Positions 1-9,449 of a stretch of DNA of 64,000 bases are shown piece by piece. This DNA comes from an uncultured virus (IMG/VR IMGVR_UViG_3300028195_000003) (lineage: Duplodnaviria > Heunggongvirae > Uroviricota > Caudoviricetes). The notes below the pieces were generated by a model, which worked only from the letters and a program-made list of their open reading frames with translations, was not told the DNA's origin and did not search any database. A program made the position numbers and the translations under genes. Every line of letters begins with the position of its first letter. The first letter of the stretch is position 1. The DNA lies in IMG/VR virus record IMGVR_UViG_3300028195_000003; one strand, 5' to 3'.

Positions 1-2
1 TC

Positions 3-1289
3 GCCTACGAGCTCCGAATAGCGGCACCGGATCCCGACGGTCTGTGGTACCACGGAGACACCCAGGGGGCGGTCTTCACTGGAGACCTCCCCATCCGGGG
101 AGAGTGGACCCAGGTCAAGGACCTGAAGGGACACAACAACGGCACCATCAACAACGAGACGGCCGCCTCCCGCATGGCCTGGTTCCTGGACGTGGTGCTG
201 AACACCGACATCGAGGGCCACACATGGGCGCTCGGCAACCAGGGCGACGTCACCGTCGTCATCGACGGGACCGTCATCCCGGACTGGATAAAAGAGAAGC
301 ACGGGCTGCAGGGAGAGCCGAGCGAGGAGACGGCCACACAGAAATGGCAGCATGAGTTCATCGGGGCGCAGCAGTCCGTCGACACCGAGGTGTCGATGTA
401 CAGAGAGTGCGCCAATGACGCCGAGAAGTGGAGAGACATCCCCGGCATCGATGATCTGAGCTACTTCTACCAAGAACACGGAGAAGACAGCAGCGAATGG
501 GCCCCCGAAACGATCCTGGAGCATGAAGCGCTCGTCAAGCCCGTCGAGGCCTGGATGGACAGCTTCTTCACGGATCAACGAGGGATGACCACCGAAGAAA
601 TGCGCGAGGAATGGGAAAATGACGACATCACGCTGCCGGAGTTCGCGGACTGGTACGTCGAGGTCCGCTCCATCCACGACGCCCAATACTACGGGCAAGA
701 GGCATGGAGAGCGGTCAAGGACGAGCTCGTCTCCCTAAGGATCGCCCTGGACGGTGTACAGGTCAGCGAGGTCGAATACGACGACTTCCGCTCCCACGGC
801 GGCAACTACCGCATCGGGCTGTACTTCGAAGACACCGAGTACCTCGGTGACGCCGATCCTGTCTACACCGTCATCGCCAACGGATCCTCGGGCTGGGACG
901 AGGACCCCTCCTGGGAGGTACGATCGGGAGGCGGTAGTGGTGATCTGATCGGTACGTCCAACCAGTCCGCTCTGTACGCCCTGCTCGACTCCGGGGTCCT
1001 CATCACCAAGCGGCAGAACGAGGAGAGAAAGGCAGAGCTCGCCAAGAACCCCCAGGAAGACAAACGCGCAGGGCAACTCACACAGGTACCCGAGTGGATC
1101 TGGCTACACCCCGACATCACGATTCCCATGCACCAGATGCAGGAGCGGGACATCATCGAGATGGACGGGGACCAGCGGCGGACGTTCAGGAGGATGATCA
1201 AGGACGGGAGCCCGAACATCAAGGCCAAGCAGATCAACGAAGCGGCTGAAGCACTCAGTGCGCTCGAGGTCGAAGAGATCGAGGACTGA
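3..1289 (+). CDS. PcfJ-family-like paralog, C-terminal part (5'-truncated by window edge)
   Basis: Frame is open from position 3. It is collinear with the C-terminal half of 1310..3781 (GDLPIRGEWTQVKDLKGHNN vs GRLPVRGEWTRVSDLKGHDN; WLHPDITIPMH vs WLHPDITVPMH). Confidence 0.8.
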   Translation, partial: AYELRIAAPDPDGLWYHGDTQGAVFTGDLPIRGEWTQVKDLKGHNNGTINNETAASRMAWFLDVVLNTDIEGHTWALGNQGDVTVVIDGTVIPDWIKEKHGLQGEPSEETATQKWQHEFIGAQQSVDTEVSMYRECANDAEKWRDIPGIDDLSYFYQEHGEDSSEWAPETILEHEALVKPVEAWMDSFFTDQRGMTTEEMREEWENDDITLPEFADWYVEVRSIHDAQYYGQEAWRAVKDELVSLRIALDGVQVSEVEYDDFRSHGGNYRIGLYFEDTEYLGDADPVYTVIANGSSGWDEDPSWEVRSGGGSGDLIGTSNQSALYALLDSGVLITKRQNEERKAELAKNPQEDKRAGQLTQVPEWIWLHPDITIPMHQMQERDIIEMDGDQRRTFRRMIKDGSPNIKAKQINEAAEALSALEVEEIED

Positions 1290-1309
1290 ACGCAGCAGCG
1301 CTCCGTGCT

Positions 1310-3781
1310 ATGCTGCCCTCGATGAACCCCTCCCTGATCGCATCCACCCTCGTGCTCTCGCCGGCCCCGCAGGCCAGGAAGGGTGCGCTGCAGCAGCTGA
1401 AGGGGCGCCTCGGACTGATGGCGGTACCCACGGCGCGCTCGGACACCAGAACACGCCTGCTGTGGGCCATGTCCCAGCTTGGAGATGTCAGAGCGAGGCT
1501 GCTGTTCTGGGCGATGTTCGTCGACATGACCAACGCATGGACACCGCCCCCAAACTCGTCGAGCTTCCTCACGGTCAAGGCGCCATCCCTCGATAGATGG
1601 GAAAAACAAGGACAGATACACATCCTCAATGGCGCAAAGCATGCCGTGGCCAGAAACGGAGTCGCCGTCGAGATCGAAGAGGCCATCAACATCCCGGCCC
1701 GACACTACGGGAAAAGGGCATCGAGATGGACGTGGCTGAAAGTCCCAGAAGAGTGGACACTCGCCCCGGACGTCATCCCACTACAAGGCACGACCACCCG
1801 CTGGGACCCATGGATCCCGTGGCTCGCCAAAGAGGCCGCAGCCCTCGTTCGCGCCCACGACAAGCTCGTCAAAAATGGCCCAGATTTCAGGGCTGTAGAT
1901 CTGGACTGGCTCTACAAGCAGAGCCTCGTGATTCTGCAGGAACCCATCGGCGTCGACCTACACGGGACCGGGCCACTGCACCCCACCCTGTCGGACGTCC
2001 CGGGATCACAGGACACAAAGTGGGCCGGACTACAGATGAATCTCGCCATGCGCGACATCGGGATCGGGGCCCGGGTGAACAACTACGACTACGGCAGGGT
2101 GAGAAACATGATCGACTGGCTCGAAGAAGAGCGGCCGAACATCATGCCCATGAGCCTCGCAGAGGCCGTCGACCGAAGCGACGAGTGGCACAAGCAGTTC
2201 GCCGCCTCCGCCTCCTACGGCTCCCCTGTCACCCCTGGTCTCACTGTCGTCACCTGGCCCGACGGCTGGCGCATCGACCGCCTGGTGACCGCCAGGGAGT
2301 GCGAGGAAGAGGGCCAGAGCATGGGTCACTGCGTCGGCGGTCACTGGAAGTACGTCCGGGACGGAGACGAGCTGATCTTCTCCATTCGAGACGAGACCGG
2401 CAAGCCCTGGGGAACCGCGGCGATCGAGGTGGACAGAGGACACCTGGCCGACGATGTCAACTCGATGATGGCCGAAGAGGGAGACTCCTGGAGCGCCCAC
2501 GGTGGCTCGCGAGAAGACTTCTGGGACCAGGCAAACGTCCCGGAGGCGGTCTTCGATGGCAGGCTCCCTGTGCGCGGAGAATGGACCAGGGTCAGTGACC
2601 TGAAGGGTCATGACAACCGGGCCATCAACAGCGAGCTCGCCGCAGAGCGCATGAGGTGGTTCCTGCTCGACCTGCTGGACACCGACACCGAGGGCCACGA
2701 GTGGGCGCTGGGGAGAGACTCCGAGCCCAAAGGGCCCATGTCCATCGACGGAAGGATGATCCCGGACTGGATGAAGGAAGATCTCGGCTTGGAGGGTGAG
2801 CCGGCCGAAGACTGGGAAAACCAGTTCACCCAGGCGTTCCTCGAGCTGCAGAACCAGGTCGATGTCGCCACCGCCTGCTACCGTGAAGTCTTCGATGACG
2901 CAGACTTCTTCGACGACAAGGCTCCGGGTCTGAGAGAGCTGCAGAGCTTCTACAGCAAGAACGGTGAGACGGAAGAGGACTGGGGAGTCGCCGAAGAAGA
3001 AGAGCACGACAGGCTCCGCACAGCGCTTCACAAGACCCTCGATGACTGGTTCATGGAGCGCCGTGGGGAAGAGCTCGACACCCTGATGGAAGAATGGGAC
3101 CAGGAAGAGGAGCCCCTGACGGATTTTTGTCAATGGTACGCCAACGCTCTTCGTGAGCACGACGCCCAACACCTCGGACAAGAGGCCTGGGAGTCCGTCA
3201 AGGCAGAGCTCGAACTGCTCGCCTCCTCCATCGAAAACGTCACCGGAGAGGTCGGCTACTCGGACCACGGCTCCCACGATGGTGACTGGTACCTCAAGCT
3301 CGAGCAGGGTGTAGACGAAGACGGCTACGAAGATCACGTCGCGACCGTGGTCGCCAACGGAACCAAAGACTGGGACCAGATCCCCGAGTGGGACGTCTAC
3401 GGCCCAGAGGACGATGGAAGGCGTGGAGATCGCCTCGGAGAGTCGAAGCACTCGGCACTCCACGCTCTGCTCTCTTCCCATGTGCTGCTCACGACCAAGC
3501 AGGCCGAGGAGGAGCTCGCCAGGAAGAAGGCCGAGCTCGAGGCGCTGAAGGAGAAGGAGACCGAGATCCCCGTCACCGTCACCGATCAGCCCCAGTGGGC
3601 ATGGCTGCACCCCGACATCACCGTGCCCATGCACTCCGAAGAGGCGACCCTGGACAGAGACCAGCGCCGCACCATGCGCAAGCTCTCGGCGAGCCGGAAC
3701 CCGGAGAGCAAGATCAGAGACACGCGTGAGAGCGACTTCGAGCTGAAGTGCCTACTGCCTGAGGAAGGCTGCGAGGGGTAG
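1310..3781 (+). CDS. Large PcfJ-domain-like protein (start may be 1322)
   Basis: 823 aa ORF with SDEWH...WPDGWRIDRL...EEGQSMGHCVGG motif typical of PcfJ-like phage proteins. Confidence 0.75.
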   Translation: MLPSMNPSLIASTLVLSPAPQARKGALQQLKGRLGLMAVPTARSDTRTRLLWAMSQLGDVRARLLFWAMFVDMTNAWTPPPNSSSFLTVKAPSLDRWEKQGQIHILNGAKHAVARNGVAVEIEEAINIPARHYGKRASRWTWLKVPEEWTLAPDVIPLQGTTTRWDPWIPWLAKEAAALVRAHDKLVKNGPDFRAVDLDWLYKQSLVILQEPIGVDLHGTGPLHPTLSDVPGSQDTKWAGLQMNLAMRDIGIGARVNNYDYGRVRNMIDWLEEERPNIMPMSLAEAVDRSDEWHKQFAASASYGSPVTPGLTVVTWPDGWRIDRLVTARECEEEGQSMGHCVGGHWKYVRDGDELIFSIRDETGKPWGTAAIEVDRGHLADDVNSMMAEEGDSWSAHGGSREDFWDQANVPEAVFDGRLPVRGEWTRVSDLKGHDNRAINSELAAERMRWFLLDLLDTDTEGHEWALGRDSEPKGPMSIDGRMIPDWMKEDLGLEGEPAEDWENQFTQAFLELQNQVDVATACYREVFDDADFFDDKAPGLRELQSFYSKNGETEEDWGVAEEEEHDRLRTALHKTLDDWFMERRGEELDTLMEEWDQEEEPLTDFCQWYANALREHDAQHLGQEAWESVKAELELLASSIENVTGEVGYSDHGSHDGDWYLKLEQGVDEDGYEDHVATVVANGTKDWDQIPEWDVYGPEDDGRRGDRLGESKHSALHALLSSHVLLTTKQAEEELARKKAELEALKEKETEIPVTVTDQPQWAWLHPDITVPMHSEEATLDRDQRRTMRKLSASRNPESKIRDTRESDFELKCLLPEEGCEG

Positions 3782-3865
3782 ACGCAGCGACGCCCGGAGC
3801 CTGTAGAGGTCCCGGGCGCGGTGGTGAGCATGGAGCTCACCTGGGTATCGATGTGAGCCTTTGGC

Positions 3866-4822
3866 TTACTGGGGCTCGGTGGCGTCGATGATAAGGCCGG
3901 AGCCTTCGGGGAGGATGCTCGCGGGGAGCTCACCGTTCCACTTCTCGGCCCAGGTCAGGCGAGCCTTGGCGTTCGTCTGCTCGATCTCGAGCCGAATCTG
4001 GGCCTCACGCGCCGTCTTCGCACGGGACCACTCGACAGCCGCATCGGCCTCGCCCTTGGCCTCTGCCAGCACCACCGCGGCCCGAGCCGTAGCCGCCAGG
4101 GCCTCTTCCGCCGCCGTGGCCGCATCCTGCTCGGCCACGAAGGTGCGGTTGATGGCCACCTGGATCTCGGGGTCGGTGTAGTTCAGGCCGCCGGTGAGGC
4201 CCAGGTTGGTGACGGTGATCCCCTTGGTGGCGAAGTGCTCGGTGACCTCCTTCTTGGCGGTCTCCGTGATGATGCCCTTGTCCTCCTTGCCGCTGGCCAG
4301 GTCCCGGGAACCGAACTCACGGGTCACCACCGAGATGAGGTAGGAGCGCACGTCCTGGTTGATGGCCGCGCCCAGGTCCTTCTCGCCGTAGAAGTACAGG
4401 TAGGTGGAGGCGTCCTCTTCGTGGATCTCGGCGGACAGATCCACGCCGGTGCAGAAGGCGATGGAGTCCTTGCTCTCGACGCACAGGGCCTGCGCCTCGT
4501 CGTCCTTCTTCCACTGGACCGTGATGGGCTTGCGGTTGACCTTGATGACCCGCACGGTGGGGATCCACTCTGCGGACCAGTACATACGGCCGATCTTGCG
4601 GCTGCGCTGGGGGATGGTCACGCGCTTGGCGGCGACCTTGGCGCTCTCGTACATCTCGACGGAGTCGAACTTGGCCTGGCCGCCGGTCTCGCCCTCGAGC
4701 GGCACGAGGAAGGCGGTCTCGGACGAATCGATCTCCTGGATCGGGTCGATGCGAACCGGCTTGCAGCCCAGCAGGGCGATGGAGAAGGCCAGGACGGCCA
4801 GGATGGGGGTGATTTGCTTCAT
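3866..4822 (-). CDS. SPFH/band-7-like lipoprotein
   Basis: Lipobox-like signal (MKQITPILAVLAFSIALLGC), SPFH-like core (GITVTNLGL...PEIQVAIN), AEA-rich coiled coil and EKWNGELP tail. Confidence 0.75.
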   Translation of the reverse strand: MKQITPILAVLAFSIALLGCKPVRIDPIQEIDSSETAFLVPLEGETGGQAKFDSVEMYESAKVAAKRVTIPQRSRKIGRMYWSAEWIPTVRVIKVNRKPITVQWKKDDEAQALCVESKDSIAFCTGVDLSAEIHEEDASTYLYFYGEKDLGAAINQDVRSYLISVVTREFGSRDLASGKEDKGIITETAKKEVTEHFATKGITVTNLGLTGGLNYTDPEIQVAINRTFVAEQDAATAAEEALAATARAAVVLAEAKGEADAAVEWSRAKTAREAQIRLEIEQTNAKARLTWAEKWNGELPASILPEGSGLIIDATEPQ

Positions 4823-4835
4823 GATGATGCCGCTC

Positions 4836-5120
4836 CTAGTCGGCGAAGATGGAGCGAAGGGCGTCGTACGCCTTGCTCCACCACAGGGAGATGAGGGTCA
4901 CGACGACACCCAGCGAAACCGCGTGGATGCCGTACTCGTAGAGGAAGTTGTCCTGAATGGCGACCTGATCTGCGCCGGAGACCACCTGCTGGATGGCGAG
5001 GTCGGTGTTGTCCACGCCCTCGATCCAGTAGACGGACAGCACCCAGACCAGCAGCAGGAGCATGGTGAAGATCACCCGCGTCTTGGTGCTGAGGCCCTTG
5101 TCGTTCTCTTCGTCGCTCAT
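4836..5120 (-). CDS. Small two-TM membrane protein upstream of SPFH gene
   Basis: Two hydrophobic segments; GGAG RBS before ATG at 5120. Confidence 0.65.
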   Translation of the reverse strand: MSDEENDKGLSTKTRVIFTMLLLLVWVLSVYWIEGVDNTDLAIQQVVSGADQVAIQDNFLYEYGIHAVSLGVVVTLISLWWSKAYDALRSIFAD

Positions 5121-5262
5121 GGTTTTCACTCCGATGAGGTTCGCTACTGGTAGTAGCAGGTCATGGGTTTTGCGTCAAGCGAACGCTCTCAGAAACATTC
5201 ACATCCTGTGTCTTCCACAGAGCGATCACTGTGAGAGGTCCGTGTACGGATCCGGCCCGGGA

Positions 5263-5520
5263 CTATTCCTCATCGACCTCGACAGAGCTCCACAGCACGC
5301 TCTCCACATCGATCTTGGCCTTGAGCAGCCCCCGGTGACCCTCCACCACGCCCGAGCTCTCCAGGGCCGTCCAGCGATACCTGCGTCCCCCTTCGTCACG
5401 CTCACGGACTACCGTAGCCGCGGTCTCGGACAGCTCACCGCGGTCATCGACCACGGCATGCCTGCCTTGTCCACGAATCCACTCGAAGCCCGGGGGAAGT
5501 CCCCTACGAATGTAGGGCAT
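5263..5520 (-). CDS. Hypothetical protein
   Basis: ORF (MPYIRRG...) packed in a minus-strand gene run. Confidence 0.45.
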   Translation of the reverse strand: MPYIRRGLPPGFEWIRGQGRHAVVDDRGELSETAATVVRERDEGGRRYRWTALESSGVVEGHRGLLKAKIDVESVLWSSVEVDEE

Positions 5521-5875
5521 CGTCGTCCACCTCGTTCGGACAGCGCTCGGTGAGCCAGGGCCACCAGATCCCGCCAGAGACAGGGACTGGGCGCCGGTTC
5601 TTGCGCTTGGGTCTGTGCTGCAGTCTGGCCTTGTACTCGCCGGCGACATCGCGATGGTCGTTCACCCACGAACGAGCCCTGACAATCCCGGTGGACATGA
5701 CCATCCACCCTGGCTCTGACCCGCCACCACGATCCACCGTCACCTCGAGCCCGACCTCGGCAAAACGAACGTCCACCCAGCTGACCAGACGGGAGGTGCC
5801 TCCGTCGGTGTCCCGCTCGAGCACGCATTGGATCAGGGGACGCTTCGGGCAGTCGATCCAGCAGCCTACAGCCAT
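5504..5875 (-). CDS. Hypothetical protein
   Basis: 123 aa ORF overlapping neighbours in the minus-strand run. Confidence 0.55.
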   Translation of the reverse strand: MAVGCWIDCPKRPLIQCVLERDTDGGTSRLVSWVDVRFAEVGLEVTVDRGGGSEPGWMVMSTGIVRARSWVNDHRDVAGEYKARLQHRPKRKNRRPVPVSGGIWWPWLTERCPNEVDDDALHS

Positions 5876-6096
5876 GGCTCGTCCGTCATGATGTCGTCCT
5901 CGTTGATCTTTCGAGCGTCGCGCTCACGGCGGCTCGCCAGCAACAAGAGCACGGTGCCCACGGTGATGACGCACATCGACGCCAAGACGACAGCCCACAC
6001 ACGAGCGCCAGTGATCAGCGCAATGACCCCGATCAGGACCCCGACGAGGAACCCGATCAGAATGATTTTCACGGAGATGCTCTCTCTGAAGCTCAT
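5866..6096 (-). CDS. Small two-TM membrane protein
   Basis: MSFRES start with GAGG RBS, directly below promoter 6114-6142; two hydrophobic helices. Confidence 0.6.
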   Translation of the reverse strand: MSFRESISVKIILIGFLVGVLIGVIALITGARVWAVVLASMCVITVGTVLLLLASRRERDARKINEDDIMTDEPWL

Positions 6097-6113
6097 GCCA
6101 TCCTCACACCGGA

Positions 6114-6142
6114 ACACTAACGTGCTCCACTGACGGTGGCAA
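6114..6142 (-). promoter_or_regulatory. sigma70-like promoter with YAC-N5-GTR operator
   Basis: TTGCCA-17-TAGTGT; member of the repeated motif family. Confidence 0.65.
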
Positions 6143-6276
6143 GCTGTACCAAGCTCTGCGGCAAAGTCCACGCCGCGGACTGGGCGATCGTGAGGATCGG
6201 ACAACGACCGAAGGTGGACCTACGGGGGATCCCCGTATAAGATTGTCATGACGCACTCCAGGACAGGAGAACGACC

Positions 6277-7179
6277 ATGGCCAGAAGCGCCCTCGAGACG
6301 ACCCTGAACTACCGCTACTCCATCTACGGCGAGCTCGCAAAGGGCATCGCCAAAGATGTATCTCTCGACCTCGACGCTATCGCTGACGAGGTGGCCGACG
6401 AGTACGGTGCGGAAGATTCACTGGAGAGCGCCCTTCGTATGCCCGAGAGAAACCCGGAAGGCGGACTGATCGGCGACGTCAAGTACGCCGCGACCCTCTG
6501 CGCCAAGACCGCGCTCGCGGTCCTGATGCCGATCGGGGCGATCGCCGGAATGGGAGTCGGCATAGGGACCGCCGCGGCGGTCCTCGACACAGCCGTCCCC
6601 GCCGGAATCGTCCACACTCTGAACATTGCCGGATACCGGGTGGCCGGTTCCCTGCGGTGGGGTGGGTTGATCGAGAACCTCATCAACGCAGTCGTCGACG
6701 GAAACGCCCCGGCTGCCAAGCGCATCCTGTCAGCCGTCGGCCGCCACGTGTACGCCAGTGGAGCCCTTTCGAGCACCATCGTCGCAGGGACCACCGCGCT
6801 ACTGATCGCCCTGGCCGCCTACGGGGGCGCCGCCGCTCTCTTCTTCCTCCCCGTCAAGGAGATGGAGAAGGAAGAGAACAAGATCGCCAAGCGCGCCCAG
6901 CTCAAGGGATCGACCCTGACCTGGAGCGACTTCCAGAAGAAGGACGACGCCTGGGCTCTGATGAACTTCCTGGGCCTGGCCCAGCTCACCCCACAGGGCA
7001 AACAGATCGTCTACGCTCTGCACGGAAGTCAGGCTGTCAGAGGCCCCAGCGGTGATCACTACCCCGCCATCGGCGACGACATCCTCCGCAGCGGTGCCCG
7101 CTACAGCCACGAGATCAAGAAGGCCGTCGACGAGTTGAAGCAGAACGAGGAAACCGGCGAGCTTCTGGCGAGCCTGTAG
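6277..7179 (+). CDS. Gly/Ala-rich membrane-associated hypothetical protein
   Basis: 300 aa, AGGAG RBS, several hydrophobic Gly/Ala-rich helices. Confidence 0.75.
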   Translation: MARSALETTLNYRYSIYGELAKGIAKDVSLDLDAIADEVADEYGAEDSLESALRMPERNPEGGLIGDVKYAATLCAKTALAVLMPIGAIAGMGVGIGTAAAVLDTAVPAGIVHTLNIAGYRVAGSLRWGGLIENLINAVVDGNAPAAKRILSAVGRHVYASGALSSTIVAGTTALLIALAAYGGAAALFFLPVKEMEKEENKIAKRAQLKGSTLTWSDFQKKDDAWALMNFLGLAQLTPQGKQIVYALHGSQAVRGPSGDHYPAIGDDILRSGARYSHEIKKAVDELKQNEETGELLASL

Positions 7180-7240
7180 TCACCTCGCTCGACTGAGTGG
7201 GACAGAGGGGATATACTCCACCACCAGTGGAGGAATCTAC

Positions 7241-7657
7241 GTGGATCCGACAACCCTGCGACAGTGTCACGACCTGGTCGAGAACCTCGACAGGTACGTT
7301 CACCACCACCCCGAAGACAGACTTCACGGTATCTGGCTCATCCAGCTCGGACCCGTGACCTTCTTCGTGATCGACGGAACGGGCGAGCGTATGCGAATCA
7401 CCCGTGTCAACGGAGACGAAAAGAAGGTCCACGCCACCTTCGAGAAGCGTGTCAAGGACTGGCAGAACGAGCACGACACGAGCGCCAACCCGTGCATCAT
7501 CGACATGGGAGCGGAGACCTTGTTGTGGCTACGGGACCACCCTGGAACCATCGACGTGATCAAGGTCTGGGCCGCAGGAAAGATGGACCTCTCCAGCATC
7601 CCCCGGGCCGTCAGTCTGGGCAAGCTGATGCGCAAGGCCCTTGGATGGCGCCCCTAA
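7241..7657 (+). CDS. Hypothetical protein
   Basis: 138 aa, GGAGG RBS, upstream TATACT and CTCCAC-N5-GTGGAG palindrome (7216-7232). Confidence 0.65.
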   Translation: MDPTTLRQCHDLVENLDRYVHHHPEDRLHGIWLIQLGPVTFFVIDGTGERMRITRVNGDEKKVHATFEKRVKDWQNEHDTSANPCIIDMGAETLLWLRDHPGTIDVIKVWAAGKMDLSSIPRAVSLGKLMRKALGWRP

Positions 7658-7934
7658 CACCAAGACAACGGGCCGAGCTCCTCACAGACATCGTCCTCAT
7701 CCTCGAGCACGTCATCCAGCTCGACGATCTCCGGCTTCAGCGTCCGCTCCAGAGTGCTCTGGGCGATGCGCTCGAACAGCGCATGGAGAACGTCCCGCTC
7801 TTCGTGAACCTCGAGTAGAGCTTCCAGCAGCTCCTGACGGTCTTCGAACCTCGACATGGTAGCCCTCCGGAGTGACGTGAGAGCTTGACCCGACAAGGGC
7901 GTCGCGTCAAGAGCACGCCCAAGTTCGGGCGACA

Positions 7935-8141
7935 CTACCAGGGCGCGGTCATCGTGAACCGGGTCTGTGTCACTGGAGGCCTGGCGCCGCGGATCTGTAG
8001 CACACGCACCTCCCGGCTCTTGCAGCCGCTCTTGATGACGGTCGGCACACGCACCGGGGCCCGCAGCGGTGACTCTGGCAGATCCAGGATCGCCATGATC
8101 TCGTCGACTTCGCGATCGTAGATGTCATCGTACAAAGACAT
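7935..8141 (-). CDS. Small hypothetical protein downstream of tRNA array
   Basis: GGAGGAG RBS before MSLYDDIYD. Confidence 0.5.
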   Translation of the reverse strand: MSLYDDIYDREVDEIMAILDLPESPLRAPVRVPTVIKSGCKSREVRVLQIRGARPPVTQTRFTMTAPW

Positions 8142-8207
8142 GGACTCCTCCCTCCACAGAGGGCCGCGCCTGATATCGGACACCGCAACATCGTGCAAGA
8201 AGAAAGA

Positions 8208-8278
8208 TGGCAGGGGTAGAGAGAATCGAACTCTCCCCGTAGGGTTTGGAGCCCCACAGTGCGCCCTGGACTACCCCT
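8208..8278 (-). tRNA. trnW: tRNA-Trp(CCA), atypically short D-arm
   Basis: Acceptor AGGGGTA/TACCCCT-G-CCA, anticodon loop CTCCAAA, T-arm GAGAG-TTCGATT-CTCTC; only 71 nt. Confidence 0.75.
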
Positions 8279-8840
8279 TTCGGTTTTCCTTTTTGGACCA
8301 ATGGCCTTGCGGAGGTCGCGACACCCCTATCGTTCTGCACCTCTTCAAGACCGCAACATCTGACACCCCGAACATCTCCGCGATCTTGGTCAACGGCTTC
8401 AGCCACACAAGATCCTGTAGCTCTTCATAAGAAACGTCAAACCTTCTCGATGACACGTTTCCGCACACGGTAGAACAAAACCGACCAACCCCTCCAGTAG
8501 GCACAAAGACGCCCCCGCAGCGCTCACACTTCTTCGCCAGCCTCATATTCCCGCTCTTGGCTTTGTGAAGTTTCGCGTGATCGGATCTGTTCGTTACCAC
8601 AAGATTCAATGGATCGTTATCCAGTCGATCATCGTTCTCATGATGAACAACCTCGTGCCGAACCACCCACCGGCCAATGCCAACAGATGCCACATGCCTG
8701 TGATACAAAACGCGACCAGCAGCCCCCGTTCCAAGAGGATGATCGGCATCGCAAAAGTACAAATATCCAGTCTTCTTATCGACAACAAGTCCCGACACAT
8801 CAACGTATGGATACTGGCTCGGGACATCGTATAGAATCAT
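8271..8840 (-). CDS. HNH homing endonuclease-like protein inside the tRNA array
   Basis: YHRHV...VVHHENDDRLDNDPLNL...SDHAKLH HNH motif, CxxC/FCSxxC zinc finger and C-terminal HTH. More AT-rich than its flanks. GGAGG RBS before ATG 8840. Confidence 0.9.
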   Translation of the reverse strand: MILYDVPSQYPYVDVSGLVVDKKTGYLYFCDADHPLGTGAAGRVLYHRHVASVGIGRWVVRHEVVHHENDDRLDNDPLNLVVTNRSDHAKLHKAKSGNMRLAKKCERCGGVFVPTGGVGRFCSTVCGNVSSRRFDVSYEELQDLVWLKPLTKIAEMFGVSDVAVLKRCRTIGVSRPPQGHWSKKENRKG

Positions 8841-8861
8841 TCTAACCTCCACGGTTAGAAT
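8839..8861 (-). promoter_or_regulatory. RBS-sequestering hairpin of the HNH gene
   Basis: Perfect 9-bp stem ATTCTAACC/GGTTAGAAT with 5-nt loop, spanning GGAGG and the first two bases of ATG. Confidence 0.7.
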
Positions 8862-8871
8862 AACACAAAAA

Positions 8872-8958
8872 TGGTGCACCCGGCCGGACTCGAACCGGCA
8901 CGACCAGGGGGGTCACTGGCATCTCAGGCCAGCGTGTCTGCCATTCCACCACGGGTGC
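8872..8958 (-). tRNA. trnL: tRNA-Leu(GAG)
   Basis: Cloverleaf, anticodon arm CTGGC-CTGAGAT-GCCAG, long variable arm, encoded CCA. Confidence 0.95.
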
Positions 8959-8968
8959 GAAGAAAAAA

Positions 8969-9057
8969 TGGTGATCGAGGCGGGATTCGAACCCGCAAGA
9001 GGGACATGCCCTACCGGGTCCTGAACCCGGCGCGTCCAACCGTTGCGCCACCCGATC
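8969..9057 (-). tRNA. trnL: tRNA-Leu(CAG)
   Basis: CCGGG-TTCAGGA-CCCGG anticodon arm, long variable arm, A73-CCA. Confidence 0.95.
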
Positions 9058-9073
9058 ACGAAAAATAGAAAAA

Positions 9074-9150
9074 TGGAATCGGTGGTCGGATTCGAACCGA
9101 CGAACATCCGATTTGCAGTCGGAGCCCTTGGACCTCTCGGGCACACCGAT
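9074..9150 (-). tRNA. trnC: tRNA-Cys(GCA)
   Basis: TCCGA-CTGCAAA-TCGGA anticodon arm, U73-CCA. Confidence 0.95.
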
Positions 9151-9157
9151 AAGGAAA

Positions 9158-9244
9158 TGGAGGAGGCGGAGGGATTCGAACCCTCGGAGGGGACACCTCT
9201 ACCGCTTTCAAAGCGGGCGCCTTCGACCGCTCGGCCACGCCTCC
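9158..9244 (-). tRNA. trnS: tRNA-Ser(TGA)
   Basis: Loop TTTGAAA, long variable arm, acceptor GGAGGCG/CGCCTCC, CCA. Confidence 0.93.
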
Positions 9245-9250
9245 ATTGTG

Positions 9251-9343
9251 GCCTGCGGCCACCGCTCACCGCCTACCGCTCACCGCCTACCGCACAAAAG
9301 CGGTGAGCGGACAGCAGATAGCGGATAGCGACGAGCCGCAGGC
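9251..9343 (-). repeat. Heptamer-repeat long hairpin, copy 1
   Basis: GCCTGCGGC/GCCGCAGGC closing stem around five YCGC/CYGC-type units facing five GCGG units at 7-nt period. Confidence 0.85.
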
Positions 9344-9351
9344 TCGTGAAC

Positions 9352-9439
9352 TGGCGGAGACGGGGGGATTCGAACCCCCGGAGGGATGAACCTCTCTCGC
9401 TTTCGAAGCGAGTGCCTTGGGCCGCTCGGCCACGTCTCC
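9352..9439 (-). tRNA. trnS: tRNA-Ser(CGA)
   Basis: CTCGC-TTCGAAA-GCGAG anticodon arm, long variable arm, G73-CCA. Confidence 0.95.
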
Positions 9440-9449
9440 TGAAGAGGAC

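Noticed and set aside
8271..8870. Group I intron carrying the HNH gene
   Set aside because: The flanking tRNAs are each contiguous and only about 30 nt of non-coding sequence surrounds the ORF, so it is free-standing.
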